Notes: generated from the sequence alone by a model not told the origin. A stretch of DNA of 64,000 nt from a virus (IMGVR_UViG_2889049205_000001:96001-160000), one strand, 5' to 3'. Counted from the first letter of the stretch, positions 27,891-38,396 are shown. Numbers and translations are program-made.

Positions 27891-28757
27891 ATGAAAAGCA
27901 AGGTTATTTTGCTCGACAACGGGAATGTGCTATACAACACCGGATGGGGGGAAGAACGCTGGGAGGAGAAAGAGCCATACACCTTGGTGCGACTTAACGC
28001 AAGAGGTGGGTCCCCGTATCCTGATGGGGAGTGGGAGTTCTCCGGCAGCTATGATATCGAGATCCGGACCGGCGACTTCGGAAACGTGTTCTGCTATACC
28101 GGATACGTCCAGGGAGACTATAATAAAATCAAGCGGGTGGATGGCCGCCGGATCCGTGGCCCGAAGTTTGAGGTTCGGCTTGTCCCGAAGTCGGACATCC
28201 ATTACGGTGTTACCGGCGAAGCTATCCTTCACCGCAAAGGCATATCCATCAAGAAAGCTAAGAAGCTGATCGTCGAAGCCGTCCGTGCTTACGAGGCTAC
28301 TGATCGGTTCAAGCAGGAGATCTGGCCACAGGTGTTGAATCCAGATGCCAGGAAACCGATCCTTAAAGAAATTGACGGCCAACTCATTTGGGTCGCCACA
28401 ACCTGGGGAAGTCCGTGGAGCGCTGTCCAAACCAAGAATGAATACAATCGCTATGGCGGTAATGCACTTGGATACGGACACTTTTTTTACCGTGAGTTGC
28501 AGCCGAAGCTTACATATCCGAAGACGGAAGATGGGTATAGCGATTTCAGCGGGCAGCCGACCAAAAATTATGAGGACCCACAATACTCGCACATAGAAGA
28601 ACGTGGCGGATCCACCTATGGCGGATGGGATAAGCGACATGATCCGGAAGAGATGAAGAAGCGGATCGATGAGGCCATCTACGATCTGAATGATTTAGCT
28701 CAGGTCTATATTGCCCAATTACAGTTCCGATCAATCGATTGGGGCAAATCGAGGTGA
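27891..28757 (+). CDS. Hypothetical protein
   Basis: 288 aa; AAGGAGG RBS. Confidence 0.7.
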   Translation: MKSKVILLDNGNVLYNTGWGEERWEEKEPYTLVRLNARGGSPYPDGEWEFSGSYDIEIRTGDFGNVFCYTGYVQGDYNKIKRVDGRRIRGPKFEVRLVPKSDIHYGVTGEAILHRKGISIKKAKKLIVEAVRAYEATDRFKQEIWPQVLNPDARKPILKEIDGQLIWVATTWGSPWSAVQTKNEYNRYGGNALGYGHFFYRELQPKLTYPKTEDGYSDFSGQPTKNYEDPQYSHIEERGGSTYGGWDKRHDPEEMKKRIDEAIYDLNDLAQVYIAQLQFRSIDWGKSR

Positions 28758-29142
28758 GAAGCAACTGTTTAATATCAAGCAGCCTTGCAGCGACTGTCCT
28801 TTCCTTGCCAATGGCTTTATGCTTCAAACGCTTGAAGAGGGAAGGATAGAGAAGATCGTGCAAACTCTTCACGAGGACAGGTTATTCCGTTGTCACAAAA
28901 CCATTCAGTATGAGCTGGAGGAGAGTGACGGACATATCCCGCTCACGGAAAAAGATCAACACTGTGCCGGCGCACTGGTCTACATGCAGAAATGCGGCAA
29001 GGACAACGCCCCTATGCAAATTGGCGAGCGGCTTAGGATGTTTGACCCGTCGCAGCTGCGTGGCCACGATGACGTGATCGAGCCGCTCGAGATCTCCAAA
29101 TTTAAAGTGAGATTTGGCGATAATTTGAGCAATCATAAATAA
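28711..29142 (+). CDS. Cys-rich phage protein (start uncertain)
   Basis: PCSDCPF, FRCHKT, HCAGA. Confidence 0.6.
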   Translation: MPNYSSDQSIGANRGEKQLFNIKQPCSDCPFLANGFMLQTLEEGRIEKIVQTLHEDRLFRCHKTIQYELEESDGHIPLTEKDQHCAGALVYMQKCGKDNAPMQIGERLRMFDPSQLRGHDDVIEPLEISKFKVRFGDNLSNHK

Positions 29143-29193
29143 CTTGCAGATAAAAGCCACGATGTGCTAATCTAAAGCATATTGTGGCTTTTA

Positions 29194-29238
29194 TGTAATG
29201 CATTACGTTAAATCGCCTGTCGGCGTCATTCATTTTGA
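29194..29238 (+). promoter_or_regulatory. Palindromic operator plus hairpin promoter motif, copy 9
   Basis: TGTAATGCATTACG then TCGCC-TGTC-GGCGT CATTC ATTTT GA. Confidence 0.6.
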
Positions 29239-29254
29239 AAGAAAGGAGGAGCCT

Positions 29255-29491
29255 ATGAACATAAGCATTAAGGAGCAGCCGGAGGTCATCTTCCTACACG
29301 ACTACTATTTCCGCTTCTATGGCCGCACGCCGGAAGACACCAATGAAAAGGGCCTACTTACTACAGTTTCCGCCCTGGACGAAGAGCAGGCGATGGAGTT
29401 CGCAGAGGCCGTCGCAGACAAAATGGCCACAATGCTGGGCATTGAGCGGGTGTTGTTTGAACGTTATCATGCCAGAAACCTTATGGATTAA
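29255..29491 (+). CDS. Hypothetical protein
   Basis: AAAGGAGG RBS. Confidence 0.6.
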   Translation: MNISIKEQPEVIFLHDYYFRFYGRTPEDTNEKGLLTTVSALDEEQAMEFAEAVADKMATMLGIERVLFERYHARNLMD

Positions 29492-29529
29492 ATTCGTGTA
29501 ATGCATTGCACAACATAGGGAAAGATGCT

Positions 29530-30195
29530 ATGATGATTGAGGACAACTACACAAGTGAGGTGAAAACCTTGAGAAAACGCAAGATAATTGCAGGTATTCT
29601 CATCTTTTCGCTCCTCATTGCCGTAGCAGTTGTTAAAATCACTGATTATAACAACGTCTTGCGAGAGCAGCGTAAGATCGGTCATGATCTGGAGCTGAAG
29701 GTCCACATGCTTCAAATGGAGCAAACGGGCCTTGTAAATCACCTGCAGACATTGGAGGAGAAGAGTGATACACTCCAATCCAAGAATGAAAAGCTGCAGG
29801 AGGATAAGCGATCCTTGCAAGAGAAGGTTGACCAGCTCGAAAAGCAAGTGGAGCAAGAACGAGCCAACCAGTGGCAGAGCTTCAAAGCCACGTATTACGA
29901 TGCGGATTATCAATCCACCGGAAAGAGCCCTGGAGATCATGGGTATGGCATTACGGCTTCCGGTAGACACGTACAAGCCGGTGTGACGGTAAGCGTGGAT
30001 CCAAAAGTGATTCCATTGGGATCATGGATCGAAATTCTGTATCCGAACGGCAAAGTAGAGCGCAGACGTGCCGATGACACCGGTCGCCTTATTAAAGGCA
30101 AACATCTGGATATTTACATCCCGAAGGCGAGCAACACGTCGGGGAATCCGACCGTTAAAGTTCGCATCATTTCGGGGCAGAAGACAGCCGTGTAA
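29530..30195 (+). CDS. Membrane-anchored coiled-coil 3D-domain protein (putative lytic transglycosylase)
   Basis: TM helix, coiled coil, GITASG, VSVDPKVIPLGS, ADDTG..IKG.HLDIY. Confidence 0.85.
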   Translation: MMIEDNYTSEVKTLRKRKIIAGILIFSLLIAVAVVKITDYNNVLREQRKIGHDLELKVHMLQMEQTGLVNHLQTLEEKSDTLQSKNEKLQEDKRSLQEKVDQLEKQVEQERANQWQSFKATYYDADYQSTGKSPGDHGYGITASGRHVQAGVTVSVDPKVIPLGSWIEILYPNGKVERRRADDTGRLIKGKHLDIYIPKASNTSGNPTVKVRIISGQKTAV

Positions 30196-30238
30196 TGCGG
30201 CTGTTCTTAATTCACTTGATTGAGGAGGAATACGTAGC

Positions 30239-30514
30239 ATGTCCCAAGAACAGTATGGCGATCTGTTTGATCATATGGTACCAGGCAGCAATCGAGAGCA
30301 TGCATCATCCGAATCGGCGCAACAGGAAGCCCAGGAAGTCCGAGAGTTCAATGATAAGTTGACTTCCGGCGACATGGTAGCCACGTCGTATTTGATGGTG
30401 AATGCTCTTTTGAATTTGCTGATCGATAAAGGTTACATAAAAGAGGATGAGGTTAGCAAGCTTATCGATGAGCTATGGACCGAATTCAAGGCAAAGAGGG
30501 GGCGTCGCACATGA
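30239..30514 (+). CDS. Hypothetical protein
   Basis: GAGGAGG RBS. Confidence 0.6.
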   Translation: MSQEQYGDLFDHMVPGSNREHASSESAQQEAQEVREFNDKLTSGDMVATSYLMVNALLNLLIDKGYIKEDEVSKLIDELWTEFKAKRGRRT

Positions 30515-30879
30515 TTGCGATCCTCAAGCCTCATGTAACGCATTTCTCTGAAGAGCTGAAGTTTAAGGCACAGCCGAGAGATGATGTGGTCGTCGGCGGC
30601 AAAATCGTTAGCGTTGAAGTCATCCCTGAAGCATTCTTCGGTGAAACATACTTCAAGTTGATCCTCGATGACAGTATCGGCACAACGAAGGTTATCATCT
30701 CTAATGAGATGTATCATCATTGCTTTGCTGATATCGCCTTTGAGGGTCAATTCTTTCTCATTAAAGGCATTGTCAACGTGGTTTCCCGCAAAGTGGCCAC
30801 TGGCATAGAAAATCAGTATTCCGTTGTAGGCTACGAAATGAGCCCGTTGCCGATCGGGGAAGGAAGCACCCATGCGTAA
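30511..30879 (+). CDS. Stand-alone OB-fold protein (DnaE OB-like)
   Basis: VVVGGKIVSV...LILDDSIG...FLIKGIV. Confidence 0.6.
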   Translation: MIAILKPHVTHFSEELKFKAQPRDDVVVGGKIVSVEVIPEAFFGETYFKLILDDSIGTTKVIISNEMYHHCFADIAFEGQFFLIKGIVNVVSRKVATGIENQYSVVGYEMSPLPIGEGSTHA

Positions 30880-31117
30880 CGTGTTGGTCTTTCCGGATGG
30901 AACCGAACAGCATTTCATGTATCCAGTTGATCGTGAAATTTCGGAGGGTGAGCCCCTCCAGGTTACGATGCACGATGATTCCATGCAAATGTTCAAAATC
31001 GTTTCGATTGTCTCTGAAGAAAAACGGATCCTGTACTACTTATCTTTTTAAGGAGGTGAGCTCGACTCGCCGATCGTCGTTGCCCCGTCGCCCTGTCGTC
31101 CTGGGAGATCTTGCGTA

Positions 31118-31143
31118 GTCGCTGTCGCTCCCATTCACTTTAG
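31118..31143 (+). promoter_or_regulatory. Hairpin promoter motif, copy 10 (short-stem class)
   Basis: GTCGC-TGTC-GCTCC CATTC. Confidence 0.55.
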
Positions 31144-31184
31144 AATTTACAAATCCAAAAACCCAATTCACGGAGGTACTTCCC

Positions 31185-31961
31185 ATGAGCGAAAACAATA
31201 ACGGCAAAAAAGGCTTTTCTAACGATGCATACATTCACGTCACCGGCAACATCGCAACGCTGAAGGATCCGGACACGCAGCAGCAGGTACATGCGTACTC
31301 CAAGCTGATGCCGAACAATAGCAATCACAAAGTGGCCAATGCTATTGTTGCGGTCAACCACCCGAACGAAGATGAGGCTGACTTCTACAAGATCGAAGCC
31401 TGGTCTTATGATCCGGCTCGCTCGGCGCAGCATGACTTCCTGATGAACAACTGCTACAAAGGTCGTCTGGTCGAGATCCGTGGAACCTTGATCCTCAAGA
31501 AGGATCGCAACGATAAGAACAAGATCTATCCGACGATCGTTGTCGATAAAATCATCGGTCACGGCGAAGCCGGTACGAATGGCCAAGGCAGCAACGGAGG
31601 CGGCCAGCAACAGCAACAACAGCAAGGCTACGGTCAACAGCCGCCGGCGAATGTCGGTGCTGGCCAACAGCAATTTTATCAGCAACAAAACGGATTCCCG
31701 CCGCAAGGACAGCAACAAGGCGGCTATGCCCCGCAAGGTCAACCAGGCGGATTCCCGCCGCAGGGCCAACAGCAAGGTGGAGGTTTCCCTCCACAAGGTC
31801 AACCAGGCGGATTCCCACCACAAGGTCAACAAGGCGGATTCCCACCACAAGGACAGCAGCCTAACGGTTACGGCTACGGGGCTCCTCAAGGCCAACAAGG
31901 TGGCGGCTACGGCGCACCGATGGGTGCTCCTGGTCAAGGTCCTTTCGGACAAGGCCGTTAA
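31185..31961 (+). CDS. ssb: Single-stranded DNA-binding protein with Q/G/P-rich tail
   Basis: OB fold (VTGNI, VAVN, ADFY.IEAW, KGRLVEIRG.L); GGFPPQGQ repeats. Confidence 0.8.
   Translation: MSENNNGKKGFSNDAYIHVTGNIATLKDPDTQQQVHAYSKLMPNNSNHKVANAIVAVNHPNEDEADFYKIEAWSYDPARSAQHDFLMNNCYKGRLVEIRGTLILKKDRNDKNKIYPTIVVDKIIGHGEAGTNGQGSNGGGQQQQQQQGYGQQPPANVGAGQQQFYQQQNGFPPQGQQQGGYAPQGQPGGFPPQGQQQGGGFPPQGQPGGFPPQGQQGGFPPQGQQPNGYGYGAPQGQQGGGYGAPMGAPGQGPFGQGR
31689..31860 (+). repeat. Coding tandem repeats, G(G)FPPQGQ(Q/P)
   Basis: About 6 imperfect units in the SSB tail. Confidence 0.8.
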
Positions 31962-32026
31962 TACGGAAATTCCGGCAAAGGAGGGGGAGCAATCCCTCTC
32001 CTGTGTTGCCTGAAAGGTGATGTTCA

Positions 32027-32389
32027 ATGTCTTCTTCCAACCCCACTGCGTCACTCAGTCGTTTCTTGTATGCTATCTTTGATTACCACCAGGATAAAGG
32101 CCTGCCGGTTCCGGTTGCTAAAGCCAAGATGTATGACGATTCCTTCGAGACGCTCTTCAAGTTGATGAAGCAAGAGAAGGGCATTCCTGACCACATGCTG
32201 GCGATCGCCGCTCAGTTTATGTCCCGCACATTGAACTTGCGTGGCTCGCAGTTGGCGAAACAGGCGCAGGATCTCCAGAAGGATGATCCGCAAGTCCAGG
32301 TTATTCTCAAAGCCATGCAAGACATTAAGCTGGTCAAAGATGCGGTGGACATCTTCATCAGCTCTTACAAGGGCACCACTTCATCATAG
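32027..32389 (+). CDS. Hypothetical protein
   Basis: AAAGGTG RBS. Confidence 0.6.
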   Translation: MSSSNPTASLSRFLYAIFDYHQDKGLPVPVAKAKMYDDSFETLFKLMKQEKGIPDHMLAIAAQFMSRTLNLRGSQLAKQAQDLQKDDPQVQVILKAMQDIKLVKDAVDIFISSYKGTTSS

Positions 32390-32400
32390 GGGGAATTTGC

Positions 32401-33645
32401 ATGGCACCAAAAGCTAAGAGTAAAAGTTTGCCCGAAAGTCCCGTTGCAGCGGCAGCAGCAGAAACGGGTAAGGGAGGTTATGATGTACAGGCCGATTTCA
32501 ATAAACGATTCGGCGCAGGTACGTTTTTTACCTTCGAAGATATCGGTGCCTCGAGAGAGATCTTCCCGATACCATCAGGTATTCCATCCTTTGATTATGC
32601 ATCCGGCATTGGCGGTCTTCCGCTGGGCCGTATCGTCGAAGTGTATGGACCGGAATCATCCGGCAAGACGACGTTCTCGCTTTACGTCGCAGCCGCCTTT
32701 CAACGTATTGCAAAAGTGTTTGGGCATCGTTTGTTTGGCCGTCGTGTAGGCTTCGTCGATGCAGAGCATGCGCTTGATCCGATTCACGTCGCTGCTATTG
32801 GGGTGGACACATCGGCCTCTACCGGTATGTTGATCAACCAGCCTAACAATGGTGAAGAGGCATTCGATCTAATCGAAGCCATGATCAAATCGGATCAATT
32901 TGGCGTCATCATCGTCGATAGCGTTCCGTCCCTAGTGCCGAAAGCCGAAATTGAAGGAGAGATGGACGATCAATTCATCGGTCTTCAGGCTCGTCTTATG
33001 GGCAAGGGGCTGCGTAAGATCCACGGTATCGCTCAGAAACATGACGTGCTTGTGATCTTCATCAATCAGATCCGGGAGAAGCCGGGCACCAGATCACCAC
33101 ACGGTGGAACACCGGAGACGACTCCTGGCGGCCGGGCATTGAAATTCTATGCCAGCATGCGCCTGGACGTTCGCCGCACGACGATCGAGAAGGGGAACAC
33201 CTTCATTGGTCAATCGACTACGGTCAAGATCGTTAAAAATAAGTGTGCAAGGCCATTCACGAAGGCCGAGTACGATTATTACTGGCAAGGTGGCATCGAC
33301 ATGACCAAGAATATCATGACAGTTGCCATTGACACCAACGTTATTGGACGTGCGGGCGCTTATTATTATGTGGGCCCAAGCAACAAGGAGCCCTACACTG
33401 ACGGAAACGGGAACGAGCTGAAGTGGCAAGGAGCGGAATCGCTGCTTGAATCGCTTCGTGTCAGCCCGCAGCTGTTCGCCTATATCAACGACATGGTGCT
33501 GGGGATCATTCCTCGTGATGCTCAATTCATTGTTGAAGAGGCTGATGATCCGTCGGAGCTTGTTGAGCTGGAGCGAGAAACGGGCGAAGAGTCTGATAAC
33601 GCTTCTGCCGGGCCGGATTTATTTACCCAAGCCGGCCAATCATAA
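32401..33645 (+). CDS. recA: RecA recombinase
   Basis: GPESSGKTT, DAEHALD, IVDSV, QARLM, TPGGRALKFYAS. Confidence 0.95.
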   Translation: MAPKAKSKSLPESPVAAAAAETGKGGYDVQADFNKRFGAGTFFTFEDIGASREIFPIPSGIPSFDYASGIGGLPLGRIVEVYGPESSGKTTFSLYVAAAFQRIAKVFGHRLFGRRVGFVDAEHALDPIHVAAIGVDTSASTGMLINQPNNGEEAFDLIEAMIKSDQFGVIIVDSVPSLVPKAEIEGEMDDQFIGLQARLMGKGLRKIHGIAQKHDVLVIFINQIREKPGTRSPHGGTPETTPGGRALKFYASMRLDVRRTTIEKGNTFIGQSTTVKIVKNKCARPFTKAEYDYYWQGGIDMTKNIMTVAIDTNVIGRAGAYYYVGPSNKEPYTDGNGNELKWQGAESLLESLRVSPQLFAYINDMVLGIIPRDAQFIVEEADDPSELVELERETGEESDNASAGPDLFTQAGQS

Positions 33646-33657
33646 GGAGGAGAGCAT

Positions 33658-34254
33658 ATGGCTTTTGCTGTTCCACTTAGCCCTCATGATACCGATGACG
33701 TTCCTTTTCTTGACATGTTGAATATTCCTATTGCCGGGCTTCTTTCAGCCCGGCACGGGGAGATTCGCAAAAACATAATCAATTGCCAAGCCTGCTTTTC
33801 TTGTCAGCTGACAAAGCCTCTAAGCCTTCATAACGAAGAGGCTCGGATCATGATCATTGGCGAACGGCCGGATGATGTCATGCTGGATACAGAAATGGGC
33901 ATGGCGCTATCAACTTTACTGCAATCAAGTCAATTGTCCTTGAAAGATGTATATTTGACCTCTGTTACTAAATGTATTGAAGCCATGGATCCGACCCGCT
34001 GCCAGCATCACTTGGTTGCTGAGTTACTCACGGTTCGACCTCTCCTGGCTATCGCTCTTGGCTACAACGCATCATTGGCACTGACGCCGCAGCCTGCTGT
34101 TGGAAGCTACATTCCACTATTTGCGAAAATTACTTTACTGCCAACCTATTCCATGCGGGATGTTGAGGCAGACAACACAGGTCAAGTGAAACAGTATCTT
34201 TTAGGGCAATTCTCCTATATTGCACAACAAATACGGGAGATGAAGACCGCATGA
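33658..34254 (+). CDS. Uracil-DNA glycosylase family 4-like protein, divergent
   Basis: CxxC, IMIIGERP, YLTSVTKC, ALG, LPTY. Confidence 0.6.
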   Translation: MAFAVPLSPHDTDDVPFLDMLNIPIAGLLSARHGEIRKNIINCQACFSCQLTKPLSLHNEEARIMIIGERPDDVMLDTEMGMALSTLLQSSQLSLKDVYLTSVTKCIEAMDPTRCQHHLVAELLTVRPLLAIALGYNASLALTPQPAVGSYIPLFAKITLLPTYSMRDVEADNTGQVKQYLLGQFSYIAQQIREMKTA

Positions 34255-34463
34255 AAAAAGATCTGACGATCAAAAAGGCTGCAGCGGCTCTCGGTGTCCA
34301 TCAGGATACCGTGAAATATTGGGAGGAGCAGAAACTGATTCCGCCCGCAAGACGAAATCCTGGGAACGGCTACAGAATTTATAATATCGCTGAAATTCGT
34401 GAAATTGCCAAATCGAGAGGGATATGTGCGAACGAGCTCGAATCTGCCCTTGCAATGATGTAA
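34251..34463 (+). CDS. MerR-family HTH protein
   Basis: TIKKAAAALGVHQDTVKYWE...RNPGNGYRIY. Confidence 0.85.
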   Translation: MKKDLTIKKAAAALGVHQDTVKYWEEQKLIPPARRNPGNGYRIYNIAEIREIAKSRGICANELESALAMM

Positions 34464-34703
34464 GAAAATGTACAACGGGTGTTATTTCTGCTCGTATTTT
34501 GTGTAAATTCCTAGAATATTGCAGAAAATACGAGCTATTGCATATGCTCCCCTCTCCAAATGGCAATATTTCGGTTTCCGTGTAATACATTAGGCACAGC
34601 TATGGATAATGGTGTATAGGTGTGGTATAGTGTATTACATCAATGTGATACTGATGCAGCAGACCGTGCCGGGTCGAAAGCATAAAATTGGAGGATGCAT
34701 GCA

Positions 34704-35321
34704 ATGAACAAAGAAGAACTGATCATTGGGCAGCTATTGAGCCAGGCCGAACAGCTGGTTTATCGCTTTCTGAAGGAAGAATCCCTTCACGGAACGATAA
34801 AGCTATCAATGAAAGAAATGGCCAAGCAAATTCTGCATCGTTACAATGACGAAATTCAGGGACGCCCAAACCCAACCACTGGTGAAACGGAGAAAACGCT
34901 AAGCGAAGCGACTGTCCATCGTGCGATCCGTAAAATGACTAAAGAGGGCATTGTCGGTGTTCTTGCCAGCCAGGAAAAGTCTGAAAGCAACGAGATAATT
35001 TTCTATGGCCTTCCCGATGAGGAGCGTCAAGTTGACGAATTGATGGATCTCGGACAAAAACTCAGCCTGAGCTTGTCCAGATTCCAGAGTTTGCTTGCTC
35101 GCAAAGATCAGGAGCTAGAGCAGGTGAAGCGTGAACGTCAAGGGCTTTTCAAAGAAATCGACGCCGTCAAGGCAGCGAATGCGCAGCTGACAAACACGAA
35201 CACCATGCTCAACCAAATGCTGCAGGAGTATCTAGCCGGGCACGAGGTATTTGGACAAGGGAAAATAATCGAAGCGGAGAAGCTTCCTGATGGCACCATC
35301 GCAGTGATCCTCCAACAGTAA
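34704..35321 (+). CDS. Winged-HTH plus coiled-coil regulator
   Basis: LSEATVHRAIRKMTKEGIV. Confidence 0.6.
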   Translation: MNKEELIIGQLLSQAEQLVYRFLKEESLHGTIKLSMKEMAKQILHRYNDEIQGRPNPTTGETEKTLSEATVHRAIRKMTKEGIVGVLASQEKSESNEIIFYGLPDEERQVDELMDLGQKLSLSLSRFQSLLARKDQELEQVKRERQGLFKEIDAVKAANAQLTNTNTMLNQMLQEYLAGHEVFGQGKIIEAEKLPDGTIAVILQQ

Positions 35322-35337
35322 TCTGGGAGGATTGGGA

Positions 35338-35697
35338 ATGAATAAAGGCGTCTCACTTAAATATTTTCAATGTATTGTTGAGGAGTCGGTTGATTTTGAA
35401 GAAAGGTGCCACGGGGTGGCACAGGAGCTATTGAGGCTCTTGAGCCGCCCGCTTTCTCCTTCCGAACACCAAGGGATACGGAAAGATCTTCAGCTATTAG
35501 GGCGACTCGATGAGCGATTCATGTTTCATGTCCAACGTGAGATGATGCGGTTAACGATCAGTTCATTTGACCGGCTGATTTTTGAGGCTGAGAAGGACGT
35601 GGACATGTCTCTGGCTATGATGGCTGCCACTACTTTTATGGGCGGTGATTTCGATGAGCTTGGTTTTAACACGGCTGGTACGGGAAACTTCCACTGA
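35338..35697 (+). CDS. Hypothetical protein
   Basis: GGGAGG RBS. Confidence 0.55.
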   Translation: MNKGVSLKYFQCIVEESVDFEERCHGVAQELLRLLSRPLSPSEHQGIRKDLQLLGRLDERFMFHVQREMMRLTISSFDRLIFEAEKDVDMSLAMMAATTFMGGDFDELGFNTAGTGNFH

Positions 35698-36124
35698 TTG
35701 GGAGTCCCTTGTACATAATTACGAGCAAGAAAATCGAGCCCTGCTGGTTCCGTCTGAGAATAGCGCAGCTACGCTTCATCGGTTTAATGTCCGGTTAAGC
35801 GAGCTGTTCACTCGTGCCCATTATGATTTCGCAAGGGCTAGACGGAATAAGGACGCTGTCGAGCGGCTGGTCGAAAACGTCATAAAGGACTACTATAACG
35901 GGCCGAATGAGCTCGCTCGTAAGGCAGCCGGCATTCAATACGCCAGGTGCTATCCAGCTCCGGAGGAATGGCATGCGGATACAGTCGATTTGTTCGATCT
36001 GGAGGATCGGTTCCGGTATTATTTCTATTCCTTGGAATCCACGATCAAAACCCTAGCCATGAAATCCGAGGCGAAAATCACGAACAATTCGCTACTGAAG
36101 TTGGAAAAGGATCTAACCGGCTAA
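35645..36124 (+). CDS. Hypothetical helical protein
   Basis: 159 aa ORF in operon. Confidence 0.6.
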   Translation: MISMSLVLTRLVRETSTDWESLVHNYEQENRALLVPSENSAATLHRFNVRLSELFTRAHYDFARARRNKDAVERLVENVIKDYYNGPNELARKAAGIQYARCYPAPEEWHADTVDLFDLEDRFRYYFYSLESTIKTLAMKSEAKITNNSLLKLEKDLTG

Positions 36125-36145
36125 CGCCGAAAGGAAGTGCATTAC

Positions 36146-36679
36146 ATGGATTGCGTTTACGAGGCGGAATGCGCCAATTTCGGCCAGTGCCGGCGGTGCT
36201 TTAACCATGACATGTACAAGCCTCATAAAGAATATCAACAGCTGCGCTCCCGATCCGAAAATCGGAAAGAAGTTAAACAGGGGATGGACTTCGAGAATAG
36301 GGGCACGAAAGCTTATAATTCAGCCGTAACTCGAGCCCGTCAAGCAGCTCGCCGTCAACCAAACTCCGGAGCAATGTCTAATGCGCTCGGGGATATGATC
36401 ACCGAAGAACAATTGACCGCCTCGCTTGCGGAGTTCAAGGAGCGCTCTAGTGTAGGCGCCAAAGGCGGAAAGCAGATCACGATCAAAAAGGAATGGCTGG
36501 ATAAGCTTGCCTGGGAATCTAGGCAAATGAATCGGGACTTTTATTTCTTGCCCTTCTCATTTGCTGGAGCAGAGAAAGATTATGTGGCCATGGAATATGA
36601 TATGCTGCTTCGCTATATTCAGAATATTCAATTCCTCCTTGAACAGAATCGTTTATTGAAATTGCAACTCAATGGTTAA
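36146..36679 (+). CDS. PD-(D/E)xK nuclease / Holliday junction resolvase-like
   Basis: GMDFE, RQPNSGA, GD, EFKER, ITIKKEWLDKL. Confidence 0.6.
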   Translation: MDCVYEAECANFGQCRRCFNHDMYKPHKEYQQLRSRSENRKEVKQGMDFENRGTKAYNSAVTRARQAARRQPNSGAMSNALGDMITEEQLTASLAEFKERSSVGAKGGKQITIKKEWLDKLAWESRQMNRDFYFLPFSFAGAEKDYVAMEYDMLLRYIQNIQFLLEQNRLLKLQLNG

Positions 36680-37175
36680 TGCATTTCAACAATGGAAGGA
36701 GGAGGTGATCCTGGACGATTTCGGTTTTTATAATGCTGAGATTCGCCGCAACTTGAATAAGGAACTACACAGCCTGGTCGATCACGCTAATAGGCATATC
36801 GACCAGCGAGATGATTATCCGGCCCATGAGATCATCAAGAGCATTATTTCGCAGTACAGTGCTCGGAGATCGCTATCGGACAAGCAGCGGGTGTGCTTGG
36901 CAAAGTTCATCTTTTACATTCAACATATTCAACCTGTTCCGCCGAGAAAGAAATATTTGCAGAGACCAGTTGTGCCGCCTTCTGATCCAAAGAAGGATCC
37001 GAAATCGTTCATGTATTCTCCGTTCGGAAATCCTAACTTGGGCTCTTATGAGGTTAGAGAAGGACTTGAATTAGTGGCCGCATACATAAACAAGCAGCAA
37101 AGTACCCGCCATCAGAGTCGTGTAAACAGCATGGCAATGAGGGCCGGCCTTAGCGTACATCGTATCCAAATATGA
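36672..37175 (+). CDS. Hypothetical protein with internal LELVAAY motif
   Basis: ORF in operon. Confidence 0.55.
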   Translation: MVNAFQQWKEEVILDDFGFYNAEIRRNLNKELHSLVDHANRHIDQRDDYPAHEIIKSIISQYSARRSLSDKQRVCLAKFIFYIQHIQPVPPRKKYLQRPVVPPSDPKKDPKSFMYSPFGNPNLGSYEVREGLELVAAYINKQQSTRHQSRVNSMAMRAGLSVHRIQI

Positions 37176-37201
37176 AATAAACATCCTAAATAAAGGGGCA
37201 C

Positions 37202-37939
37202 TTGGTCATGTCCGTTTTGATTGCAAATTTTTTGGTATCCCTGGAATGGCTTACAATAGTCATTCTGCTGATTTCACTGTTTAACCTCAGCTTCAGCGGG
37301 TTCATCCCGCACATTATTTTTATTTCCTGGCTGATGGCTTTTGTCGGATGGGGGATTGATCAAACTTACTTATCGGGATCTACGTATGCACTGCTGATTC
37401 AAGTAATAGCGCTGTACCTGTGTACTTGGCTTATATTGCGGATCAACGTCTTTTATGCATTCGGAATATCCGTTGTGTCATACGGAATCTACATGATCAC
37501 TCAGTCTGCATTGTTTTTGGGGCTGCATGCTATATCGTTCATGGATGAAACCGACTTGGTGCCGTTATCCGAAAAACAGCTTATCTTGCAAGGACTTTCA
37601 ATAGCGGTTCCGCTTTTGATTAGTTACCTTGCGACAAAGCTTCGTATCCGTTACAACCTGTTCGTTCCTACGACAGAGTTCATCAAGCTGCAATTCAATC
37701 GCCTAAATAATATCACGGTGTTCGTGCTCATATCCATGATCGGCATATCGGTGGTTAACTTCCACTTCATAACCGAAGGCAAGATTACTTTGTTCATTCT
37801 GATCTCAGTGATCCAGCTCGCATGCGTCGCCTTGCTCTTGTATTTGTTCAAGCGAAAGGAAGGGATTAAACATGATAGAAAAGTGGTCAGAAAAATCAGC
37901 TATAGCAATAAAGAGGATGAATCCCGAGCAAACGCATAG
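37202..37939 (+). CDS. Polytopic membrane protein resembling an AgrC sensor domain, without kinase domain
   Basis: About 7 TM segments; no H-box or HATPase; overlaps agrB. Confidence 0.65.
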   Translation: MVMSVLIANFLVSLEWLTIVILLISLFNLSFSGFIPHIIFISWLMAFVGWGIDQTYLSGSTYALLIQVIALYLCTWLILRINVFYAFGISVVSYGIYMITQSALFLGLHAISFMDETDLVPLSEKQLILQGLSIAVPLLISYLATKLRIRYNLFVPTTEFIKLQFNRLNNITVFVLISMIGISVVNFHFITEGKITLFILISVIQLACVALLLYLFKRKEGIKHDRKVVRKISYSNKEDESRANA

Positions 37940-38396
37940 CATTGCCGTTCTCACTTACGGCTTCACAGTGCTGCTCAATGGATTTCTTACCTTATTTGCC
38001 TGCATTATTTTTGGGGCAATTACCGGGCATTTCACTGAAACATTAATCTCGCTGCTTACGTTTATCATGTTGCGGCAGATTTCAGGTGGATATCATTTGC
38101 GCTCGGCTTTATCGTGTTGTCTGTTTTCTGTAACCATTTTTTTATTGATTCCGTGGATTCATGTCGCTAACGAGAACATTCTGTATGCTATGGATATATG
38201 TAGTCTTGTCCTTGCTGCTGTCTATGCACCATCAAACATCAGGAATCAGTCGAACATTCCAGAGAGGTTTTATCCTCTCTTGAAATACCTCTCAGTGCTG
38301 CTCATTGCTATCGGATCGTTGCTCCGGTCAGAAGTGGTTTCCATCACCATTCTGGTCCAGTGTTTGCTTCTGATCCGAAAGCCTGAGAGGAGGTGA
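37872..38396 (+). CDS. agrB: AgrB-family peptide-processing membrane protein
   Basis: LRQISGGYH-x6-C catalytic His/Cys; YAP motif. Confidence 0.9.
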   Translation: MIEKWSEKSAIAIKRMNPEQTHSIAVLTYGFTVLLNGFLTLFACIIFGAITGHFTETLISLLTFIMLRQISGGYHLRSALSCCLFSVTIFLLIPWIHVANENILYAMDICSLVLAAVYAPSNIRNQSNIPERFYPLLKYLSVLLIAIGSLLRSEVVSITILVQCLLLIRKPERR

